Assembly: GCA_040954595.2 (NCBI GenBank) | Contig: CM082597.2 | Location: 5,833,244-5,897,243, forward strand | DNA from: Balanoglossus misakiensis | Taxonomy: Eukaryota; Animalia; Hemichordata | Direction of reading: 5' to 3' | DNA: 64,000 nucleotides | Shown here: positions 51,709 to 62,297 of the stretch, piece by piece | How positions within the stretch are numbered: the first letter of the stretch is position 1 | Layout of the letters: each line of letters begins with the position of its first letter | Translations under genes and position numbers: made by a program | Notes under the pieces: model-generated | Database searches by the model: none | Seen by the model: the letters and a program-made list of their open reading frames with translations, nothing else | Told to the model about the DNA's origin: nothing

Positions 51709-54700
51709 TTACGCCGTCGCCTCGATGTGCGTGTCCAGAGTCTGCTCTTTCCTGGCGAGCTTCAGCTTGCGGCGCTTCCGGATCTCCTGCTGCAGGAGGT
51801 AGGCCTGCGAGGGGCACATGGGGAGCTTGAGGCTGGTGTAGGTCTCCTTGTGCACGGTGGTGAAGTCGTGTTTTCCTTCCGTCGCCACGGGCTTCTCCTC
51901 CGGCTTGTAGTTCCTCACGGGCTCCGCCGTCTTGGCGGTGAACGTCTCGGCGTTTGTGGACGTCTTGCGCATCTCGCCCTTGGGCGGCACGTAGCTGTGC
52001 GCCTCGTGGAAGTCGCCGTAGCGTATGCGCGGCTGCACCCCCCAGTCCTGGAAGAACTTCTTGTGCATGGTCTTGTCGTCGAAGTTGCCTGGCTCCCGGG
52101 TGGCCGAGTATTCCGGGTTGACGCGCGGCGTCTGGTACACTGCTTGCACGTCGATGGGACGGTAGTCAACCTGCAGAAACCACAGAGTTCAAGTTCAATA
52201 TATACTGTAAAACAGGAAAAATTTTCGCGACAGGGAAATCAAAAGTGGCAACTGTTATGCAACGATTAATTTTCGCGTTCTCATATTTCACTGCATTGTT
52301 GTCTCCGAAAAACATTTTTACGTGTCTTTTTATTTTCATGTTTTTTAGCTCTCGTGTAGTTTGCGAAAAATTTATCGTTCATAAAATTTCCTGTTTTACA
52401 GTATATCAATTATCATAGTCATACCCATTAACCCTCTCACCACCATGGTTCAGTCCAAACCCCATTGTTTTTTATGGGAAAGTTGGACCTCTACAAAGTG
52501 AACTGGGGGTGAAAGGGTTAAAATATTTGAGAATTTGCAAAAAAAATTCGGCAACTGCTATGAATTTACAAAAATCTGTGTGAACAGTTCAGTAGATATA
52601 AGCTACTATGTGAGTAATGCAAAAATATTGTTGTGGAATAACTAAGGTGTGGAAAGTTGATTTAATGGTTCCTGAAATGCAGTGTTTATATTTACCTTGT
52701 TTGAAGTTTGAGTCTCGAATTTGACTGTTGGTGGTTCGTACTTGTCAGTTTCTTTCTTCATCAATTCCATTCGTGGATGTTTTCTTGTGTCAATGCCTTG
52801 GAATTCCTTTCTCTGCTCTGTCTCGAAATTTAACCTGCAAAATAAGCATAGTCAAAGCTTTAGAACAAAATTAAAAATAAAGTTCTGTTCTGTGGGGCTT
52901 TGATATACAGTCAAACCTGTGTTAGTGACCTCCTCTATATAGTGGCCACTTTGTTACAGTCCCTGTGCATTTCACATGTGCATTAATTGACCTGTCTATA
53001 AAGACCTGTCTATAAAGGCCAGTTTATGAAAGTCCCTGGACTGGCCATGGACTGCATGTTGGCAACGCACACCATGATAGCTGCATACTGCTTGTATAGA
53101 GGCTGATTAAATCGGTGTGACACCGTTTTAATACATAGCGTGTTCAAAATTGCAACATGCAGTCACAATCGGGCATCGATAAGGTGTCCATGTATACCTA
53201 TCAGTAAGCTTAATTAGATGGACCAATTTAAGTTGGAAAATATAATCATGAAAATAACGCAAAAAGTGGCAGCTCTAGAGGCTTTAAATTATTTTTCTTC
53301 AAATTGGCAATTTTTTTGCATTTTTCCAAATATCTGTCTCTCCAGTACACAGTATACGCATGATGACTGACAATGAGGGCAACAGTGTATTTTGATGACC
53401 GAGGGCACTGCTAGTCACAACTAAAACTGTTTTGGTGTGACTGGCAGTCCCGAGGTCATCAAAAGTACTCTGTTGCCCGAATATGTCAGTCATCATGTGT
53501 TCTATATAACACACCAAAAACGGAATTATATCAAGACGGGGCAACAGTACCGGGCAGAAACCAATTGAACTGATGCCCTAGGGAACAGTTCGAAATGACT
53601 AAGGTCATGTGACGTCGTATTGACGAATCACGATCGAGGGTTCGCTGCATGGTGTGTCATAAAGATGATTGCATACCTAGAGTCCATACTGAGACGTATT
53701 GTGGCCGGGGCAGGCGTGACCGCTTTCGGAGGCAATGGCTGGCTCTTGTATCCCGGAAAATCCCTCATGTGCTGAGTGACTCCGTCCAGCCGTACAGTTC
53801 TCTCCGGTTGTCTCATGCCTTCCCGGTGGCGGACCTTCTCCGCTTTGTGTCCGGGGCCCATGTCGGTGTACGTGTTCTTGTGTGTGGTCGCGTGATCAAA
53901 GTCACCTAGAGAGATGGCAGAGTCAAACGTACAATGAAACGCAACTGGTATTTGAGGGGCTTCTTAAGAAGTACTGTAAAACACTTTATTTTCGCGAGTT
54001 AAAACTTTCACGATATCGAGAGAGGCCACTGTTTCATTCACTGCATTGTTATCTTCAAAAAAAATTACACAACTTTTTATTTTCACGCTATTTTGGCTCT
54101 CACGTATTTTGCGAAAATTTATTGCTCGCGAAAATAAAGTGTTTTACAGTACTTAAAGGACAGTCTCTCTCACTGCCCTTTTTCCATTAATTATGTTTGA
54201 TACAAGACACCGTTAATGTTATTCTACATGTGGCTATATAGTGATTCAATGTTCGACCAGACTCAACTTCCATCCCGTTTGTAGGATATGAGACCGGGGG
54301 TTAGGGGGGATTCACCCCCTGTTGTCATATTGGTACCCCCTAGCAATTTGTCTGAGTGAGGAATCCCCTATATATTCTGGCAAAGGGGGACATATCCCTC
54401 CATGTTGTTGCCATTCTGGATAGAACACTGCGACAGTACCAAGACATGGGGCGCTAACTCACCTTCCAGTTTGATATTTCCGTCGGCCATTTTGGCCGGC
54501 TCTCGCTTATCAGCTTTGTATCCCGGGAAGTCTTTCTGTGTCATGGACTGCAGTTCACCCAGCTTGGTGCCTGGATACAGAATGGAACCTGAAAAAGGGA
54601 CAATTGTTTGAAATCACTGTCAGGAAATCTGTCTGACTATATAGGCGTATTTGCATAGCTGTTGTTTATACTTTGTGTTGATAAACAATCAGGATCAAAA

Positions 54701-57700
54701 TCGAAAATTTGTCATCTGTTGAAAGTTTTCATGAGCTATAACCCATGAAAAATAAGAAAATACGCTTAGCATGTCACGCAATCGGAAAATGGAATCACCC
54801 ACACCAAGTTGGGCGGAAGTTGGTCCAGGCGCTTTTTTTTCCATGATTCATGGTAAAGTAAACACCATATTGGAAATTCTGCCAACTTTCTCTTAATTTT
54901 GTAAAAGATCGCGCGACTCATACATGGCGAAAATGTTTTTTTCTGAAAGAGTGACCTCAAAGCTACCAAATTATGAAGAAATCAGCCACGCCGGATTTCC
55001 CCTTTAAGGGACTAGGGCAGACAACAGTGCCCTCTACGACCAAGTCTAAGGCAGGCAACAGCGCCCTCTACGACCAAGTCTAAGGGACATAGGCAGGCAA
55101 CAGCGCCCTCTACGACCCCCACTTGCCTGTAAAGCTGGGCAGCTCCCCGAACGAAATGGCCGGCTGTGGGACCCACGCCTTGAAGAAGTCCTTGTGCGCC
55201 GTTCGGGGGTCGAACTTGGCCGACGTGTGACGCCGGCTCTGGGTGCTGGGGCGGATGTAGTTGACGTCCGGGAAAGAGGTGTGGCCCGGATAGGTCTCTT
55301 TGTACACGGTGGTTTTCTCGAACGGGGCACTGCTTGGTTCGTACGACACTTCCTGCAAATGCACAAATGAAGATACAACAGTCATGTCGAGAGATAGACT
55401 GTATGTACATCACAATATTTCTCATCACACTACAAATAAAGATCTTCCTCTTAGGGTTACAACATTAAAGCCTCCAGAGCTGCCAAAAATTTCACGTATG
55501 TTTTTCCACGATAAAATACTTCAAATACATTCCCCATCCTTTTAAATCCTCACCATTATGCCATATTACTTGTATTTGCATCAGTTTGTCTTCTCTAAAT
55601 AGCTGTGTACTGATTGTATAATGGCTGATTAAATGGGTGTGGCACCCATTTAATATATAATCCCTAAAGAATAATGACATATCCAGAATGGTCTTAAACT
55701 GGCCACGTTATGAAGCAGAATACCTTCACCCTAGCCTTTCACCCCTATTTCCTATGATAGTGGTCCAATTGTACCGTAGAAAACAATGGTTTTGGACCAA
55801 ACCATGGTGGTGACAGGGTACGAAAACATTGATTACCTGTTTGATGAGTTTCCCCCTTCCACTCATAGACTGTGGGATGTAGTCAGTTCTGTTGCTGGTT
55901 ACCAGGTACATCGGTCCGGGGTGTGGGTCGCGCGCCGTTGGTGGTGGTCGTAGAGCTTGACGTGGTCTGGCCCCCACGTGTGGCGTGAAAGTTCGATCGT
56001 AGTGTGTGAGATTGCATTCCTTGTCGAAGAGTCCCGCCTTGCGTTGGGCTTTCTTGCAATCTTTGTGGTGTTTATGTCGTCTGGAAAAAAAAAATGATTT
56101 CGGACAATGAAAGATTGAAGTTTTGTTTTGTGGTCACGCTTCAGAACCGTCTTAGGGACCGTTCAGTTTTTATGTCCGGGGGGGGGGGGACTTCAAAATT
56201 TAAGTGACCCCCCCCCCCCCCGGCCGTAAAAAATGAACGGTCCCTTAATGGTGTGACATGCAGAATTTGTGGGGTGTAAGACCAATTGTTGGAACAGCAT
56301 AAATCAAACAAGTTACCAAGTCAGTGAAACACTGGGATCTCAAATTTGCTTTAACCTGTTCACCACCATGGTTCAGTCCAAACCCATAGTTTTCCATGGT
56401 AAGGTTGGAGCTCTAAAGAGGGAACTGGGGGGGGGGGTGAACTTCACATAAAAGCCCTTTTGAATAAAGCAGTTTTGAATAATTAAATCCTCAATGTATT
56501 TTTGTTTAATCCCTAATATTTAGAATATTTCAATCCTCAACGCTAGGACAAATGTAAAAAAAGGTCATTGACCCCCCCCCCCCCCCAAACCTGATAAGGA
56601 ATGCTTGTACTGAACATGTATTTGCCAAGGCAATCCCAGGATATCTGAAGCATTACATGTATGTGTGTCAACTGTTGCTAAGCTCTGGCATGCAGTCAAC
56701 ATACGTACACAATCCAGCCTGCAACCCTTAATTAAAGGGACAAAGTCTCTCTCTCGCTGCCCTTTTTCCATTATTGATGTTTGATACAAGACACCGTTTA
56801 TGTTATTCTGCATTTGGATATATAGTGATTCAATGTTCGACGTCACACAACTTCCATCCTGTTTGTAGACACGAGAGTGAAAAACTCGCCAAAATGAATA
56901 ATCGGTGTTTACCATTTCTTCATTTTGGCGGGATTTTTACTCTCATATCCTACAAACAAAATCATTTACTATAAAAAGGTATTATTTTTTTTTCTTCTTT
57001 CAGGTGAGAACACATTTTTGATCGCGAGGATAGTCAGTGATGTCAACCTCACATTTCTTTAAACTTCCACTATTGTTTATTTCAGTGTAATATTTTGAAA
57101 GATTTAATGAATTGTTAATGTCTTTGAATTTTGTTATTTATTATTTAAAAAAGTGCAGACTGGAATTTTTTTCCCCTATAATTCATTAGTTTGAAAATAC
57201 CATACCACAGTGTATGTGTTAAGTGTATACTACTGTAAAACACTTGATTTTCGCGAGCAATAAATTTTCGCCAAATACTCGAGAGCCAAAATAGCATGAA
57301 AATAAAAAGTTGCGTAATTTTTTTTAAGATAACGATGCAGTGAATGAAATAAGAGAACACGAAAATTAATACTCGCGAAACAGTGGCCTCTCTCGATATC
57401 GCAAAAATTTTGACTCGCGAAAATAAAGTGTTTTACAGTATGTGAAACTGTGGGTATATTTGTCTGTCTCTGTCTGTATATCTGTCTATTTGTCTATATA
57501 TCTGTCTGTCTGTGTAGTGCATGTTGTTTGAAGATTTAAAAATTGATAGGATAAAGACAATTTCTGCTGAACATTTTCAATTCTGTTTGGTTCCTGACAA
57601 TGACAGCCCCAACAAGAACAGAACAGAGTGAATTAAAAGTTAAATCAACTCGTCTGTCTATAAAGAATAACCAGAGTTGATTTTTTGACCCTTGAGCGCA

Positions 57701-58651
57701 CTATCAATGTCAACCACACGGTTGTAAGTGACTGCGTTGCTGGGAAGACGTACGACAATAGTTCTGTTGTTAGGGGGCCCTGTGAATTTTATGCATGTCA
57801 TGTGACAGGGCAATACTTCAGGCCTTGCTGGCTACGGTCTGCGCGTAATCACTAATGGAGGCGTGATAATGTTATTCCACCTAATAACCAGTGGTGATAC
57901 CCCACCAAGCCGTCGTCATGCCAACGCGACATTCTTGCCCTTGGTAACGGGAGCGCGTGTGTAGTATACGCGCACGCGGTTGTTCCGTTGCAGTTTACCT
58001 TGGCTACTGACGTCGCGGTCGTTGTTTGACCTCTCTCCTTTATGTTGGCCCCGAAAGACCCACCCCTTTGCCTCCCGTGTACACGGTTTGCCTTGTGTAC
58101 CACAATGACACCTGTTGTTGGCCTTGCCTCGCAGACTTGAACAAAGTCAGCTACTTCATGTTTGCTCATTGCAGGGAGTTTGAAATCAACTCGAAGCAGG
58201 TGCGTAGGGTTGACCGCCGCGCCAGCCCAACACATACACCAACCCACTCGATGGTCACCTGTCAGTCCAGTCGCGCCGTTATCTCCACACCTAATCAGAC
58301 CTGTATATTAACTAGTTAATTATTTTTGCATTGCTGAATGATTGCAATAAACCAGCCACAATCGTGTGAAATCTACAGTCCCCGGGTGGTCGTACACCTG
58401 TGATAACTAAAACGTGTAATGTTTCAACTATTAAGGTCATCAATTCGCGTGAAGTAAGAGACGAAGTCGTCCATTAGTCAAGGTGCAATGACCACTGCCA
58501 CTTACCCGCAGTCGCAAATTTCACATACACACAGGAAATCTGGAAACTCGGTCTGCATAACAGCGGTAATTTCGTCTTCGTTCAGCCCCAGGCCGAGACT
58601 GCTGCCCCGGCTGAACCCCCGGGAATTGCCCCTGCTGGCGTGGAAACTCAT
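51709..58651 (-). CDS. Stabilizer of axonemal microtubules (SAXO/FAM154 family) protein
   Basis: Frame-consistent exons: 58651-58506, 56080-55837, 55352-55127 (GC donor), 54588-54463, 53905-53677, 52834-52696, 52170-51709. N-terminal CVCEICDCGRHKH resembles SAXO1/2. Repeated T..(K/R).D/T-(F/Y) Mn-like modules (TSNRTDY, TVYKETY, TAHKDFF, TQKDF, TQHMRDF, TEQRKEF, TMHKKFF, TVHKETY) are separated by Pro-rich linkers. Confidence 0.85.
55012..55120. repeat. Short minisatellite, ~35-43 bp x3
   Basis: GGCAG.CAACAG.GCCCTCTACGACC(AAGTCTAAGG) occurs three times, next to the SAXO exon-3 donor. Confidence 0.8.
56153..56248. mobile_element. Small Harbinger-like MITE with poly-G/poly-C core
   Basis: AGGGACCGTTCA.TTTTTA ... 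TAAAAAATGAACGGTCCCT; a related decayed copy lies at ~36097-36212. Confidence 0.65.
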
Positions 58652-58997
58652 GTTGACCGACAATACCGTTGTATTTTTGGGGAGGTATTATCCGGTGTTT
58701 GTTGCAGTTTTCGCCGCGGTGTTGATGTATACACTTGACGCGAAACACACGGCTGAGCACACGCCGTGTTCGCTGTGAATTCGCTTCCCTTGTTGGGCGC
58801 AGACTGACAATGCCGAATCCAGGTGATTTTAAACACCAGACTATTCCTACACGCAGCACATAATTCCTATTTTTTCGACTGCAGGTCCAGTCGACTGATC
58901 GGTAGCTTTTTTCACGGTAGTCGCCGTTCACTAACACCAAAGGACTTTGTTATAACGCCGCTCCAGTCAACATGACAACAAGTGCGCCCCATTCCAT

Positions 58998-59014
58998 TGT
59001 TTACACCTAGCAAC
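58998..59014. promoter_or_regulatory. Candidate forkhead (TGTTTAC) + RFX X-box half-site (CCTAGCAAC) upstream of the SAXO-like gene
   Basis: TGTTTACACCTAGCAAC lies ~350 bp upstream of the ATG. RFX and FOXJ1 are established regulators of motile-cilia genes. This is a motif match only. Confidence 0.4.
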
Positions 59015-59332
59015 GCATCTCATTACTTCCGTCTACCTATGCCATTGTTAGGAGATCGACGTTTTAAGTGGCTGTTCCGTGCAACACCCTCCGGGAAAAA
59101 ATGACCTGTCAATTTCATAATTTATTCACGATACATAGCGCGCGCTGAGTGATCGACGCGTCTGTATTTTCTCTTTTCTGTCAAGAATACAGCATACACG
59201 AGTTCAACATATGCCTTCATGAATTATACTAGTATTTTCCTGGCAATAATCGAAGTCCCAAACCTCTAAAATAGTCGAATAGATAAAAAGGAAAGACATG
59301 TCGTGTACACAACCATTTATGTCCGTCTTTAC

Positions 59333-60500
59333 CACAGGGAACTCAGTAATTTTGTTATTGTTGTTGTTGTTGTTATTATTGTTGTTGTTGTTGTTGTTGT
59401 TGTTGTTAAGATTGGTAATAAAATTTTAAAAAAAATCAATGTGTCATTTCTTGCTATGTTTGTCGATGTTGTAGATAACTGTAAAAAAAAAACCCAACCA
59501 TAATCGTGGAAAACACGACCTAGGTCGCCGAATGTCACTACCGTCTTACATACAGGCAAGGGTGGAATCCACATGCCCTGATCTAGGCTCATGGGCCACC
59601 TTCAAGGCCCTGAAAAATCACCCCATTCACCAGCGAGCGATTAAATTATGCCACCATAGGCATTGAAATTTATCTCACTGACCTAATTTGGGCTTCACTT
59701 CATCTATCGACCTGCAAACGAGTGGAAAAACGGCGATTTCCAAGTCGTACCCAGTCAAATTCAATCACATTTGAATGACGCGACCGGTGGTGATGGCTCC
59801 ATTTCTCTGCCTATTTAAATTGACCAATCGGGCGCCCTGTAAAGGCTGCCTCGGCCACCGCTCAACTCGTACGAGTACGTGTAACTGCGTTCAAAATAAC
59901 GCGAAAAAAAGGAGGCGAAACCTTAAGAGTCATACAGATAAATGGATACTTCCCAACTTTGTCATAAAATCTACCATTTTACGTCTTGAATACAGTGCAG
60001 TCGATAGTCAGAACGTACACTTCCGGGTGTTGCTCGTACGAGTTGAGCGGTGGCCGAGGCAGCCTTTACAGGGCGCCCGATTGGTCAATTTAAATAGGCA
60101 GAGAAATGGAGCCATCACCACCGGTCGCGTCATTCAAATGTGATTGAATTTGACTGGGTACGACTTGGAAATCGCCGTTTTTCCACTCGTTTGCAGGTCG
60201 ATAGATGAAGTGAAGCCCAAATTAGGTCAGTGAGATAAATTTCAATGCCTATGGTGGCATAATTTAATCGCTCGCTGGTGAATGGGGTGATTTTTCAGGG
60301 CCTTGAAGGTGGCCCATGAGCCTAGATCAGGGCATGTGGATTCCACCCTTGCCTGTATGTAAGACGGTAGTGACATTCGGCGACCTAGGTCGTGTTTTCC
60401 ACGATTATGGTTGGGTTTTTTTTTTACAGTTATCTACAACATCGACAAACATAGCAAGAAATGACACATTGATTTTTTTTAAAATTTTATTACCAATCTT

Positions 60501-60548
<48 letters not shown>

Positions 60549-60593
60549 AACAACAACAACAATAACAATAACAAAATTACTGAGTTCCCTGTG
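59333..60593. mobile_element. 1.26-kb foldback element with ~550-bp near-perfect TIRs and 7-bp TSD (P-superfamily-like, non-autonomous)
   Basis: CACAGGGAACTCAG...CTGAGTTCCCTGTG. TCTTTAC is duplicated at 59326-59332 and 60594-60600. Arms 59333-59875 and 60033-60593 flank a 157-bp spacer. The mirrored ORFs 59329-59592(-) and 60316-60603(+) reflect this. Confidence 0.92.
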
Positions 60594-61277
60594 TCTTTAC
60601 TGAAGACAACTTGTCCATAACTGCCTGCCCTCCACTATTCTATATTACAGCCTGCGAGTGTTCGCTAACCTCCTCCCACTAGTCGCTTGGTGAATTTTGG
60701 AATCTCAATATACTTTGTGTGTGTTTGCGGTGATTTTTTGTCTTTATAAATAATCTCAATACTTTTTTTTAAGTGCATGCTTGCCTTGAGCGTGTTTTTG
60801 GTAGTGAGGCGGGTTTCGAATTTGGGACTGAGCTCATGGTGTCGGGCAGCGTCGACTACGCAGATCCGAGACACACGCGCTGAACTCGCTGTCTTTTACT
60901 CCACTCACGCTACATAGGAAGACTCGAAACAACTTTTTTTAAATGTTTATATTATGAAATAACGAAGCCCTTAGACTTGGAGCAAGTCCATATCGGAATG
61001 CAAATTGTATTTGTTGAATACACTTGTAAACAAGCAAACGCATCTCTTTATTGACAAACATTGAACACAGCCACGTCTTTATTGAATCTTCAATAAATAT
61101 AAACAAATCAGTCATGCCTAACAAACAAACAGAAGACGCCACGAAAATAAACAAGGAGCGGAATCACCTCATACCCGACCCCTTTACATTATTCCATGTA
61201 GCCTGAACTGTCCATATGTTTGTGTGGCCAATCGACTTTCTTTTTGAAGACACTTCTAGCACTATAGTCTCGGTTAC

Positions 61278-61850
61278 TGTTACGACACACCCTGTTTAGT
61301 TGCTTGGTCGAGAGAGGGATAGCTTTTCTTTGCATAACAAAGGGCCCTGCCTTTTCAACTAGTTCATTTAAATATTAGTTAACCAGATGGTCACCCATAT
61401 AAAAGGCCTTCTCACAAAAACCACGAGGCAAACTTCTCAACACTGACTCGGAGAAGCACGTGGCTTCAGCTCCACATCGCCTTGGGAATTAGGAATTTAC
61501 CTAGCTGGGCTGGATTCTGTGAGCAACGGACTTTGCGTGCGCAACGGACTTTCTGTGAGCAACGGACTTCATGAGCAACGGACTTTGTGTGAGCAACTGA
61601 CTTCTGTGAGCAACTGGCTTCTGTGAATGACGGACTTTGTCAGCAACGGACTTCTGTGCCTTGGCGAGGCTTGAGTTCGGCCAGGACTTTTGTGGACTCA
61701 ATAACTCCTCGACCAACCAGGGTAAAAACACATATAACATGTTTTTTTTCTGTGAGACCTTTTGATTTTAGAAGGCTAGTTGTTCAATTAAATATTCTGT
61801 TGTTGAACCACAGACTCCATTGTGTGCTCCCGTTTTTTTCTACCATAACA
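61278..61850 (+). mobile_element. Probable solo LTR (573 bp)
   Basis: TGTTA...TAACA inverted ends; flanks GTTAC/GTTAT (5-bp TSD, one mismatch); TATA-like TATAAAAGG at ~61398; ATTAAA near 61787; internal ~20-bp tandem repeats (TTCTGTGAGCAACGGAC) at 61513-61657. Confidence 0.7.
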
Positions 61851-62297
61851 GTTATCCAGGCCACTCTTTTATGTTTGAGGCTGCAACCATCATGCATCGC
61901 TTTTGTCTGAAGTCGGCCATCTTTGCCCGGAGATTTTTCTGTGGTATTTCCCCGGACCTAGACAGGAGAGTGAAAAAACTCGCCAAAATGGATAATCGTT
62001 CTTTACCATTTATTCATTTTGGGCGAGTTTTTACTCTTATATCATACAAGTGGGATGGAAGGTGTGTGTGGTTGAACATTTATTCACTATATATCCACAT
62101 GTACATTAACATAAACAGTGTCTTGTAACAAACATAATTGATGGAAAAAAGGGCAGCAAGAGAGAGACTTTGTCCCTTTAAGTGACCCCAGTGAACCATT
62201 TTGGCCACTAATACTGGTGAGTGACAGCATACTAGTATACATCAATAGCGCCCCCACCAACCACAGTGAAATCTTTCATTAGCTTCAAACAAAGTCT

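Noticed and set aside
51727-52269. 180-aa plus-strand ORF overlapping the SAXO last exon
   Set aside because: Antisense shadow of a GC3-rich exon, with no recognisable motifs.
57852-58319. 131-aa and 97-aa ORFs in SAXO intron 1
   Set aside because: No motifs and no phase-compatible splice sites needed by the gene model.
59329-60603. Mirror-image ORFs with poly-Thr
   Set aside because: Products of the inverted arms and the (AAC)n tract of the foldback element.
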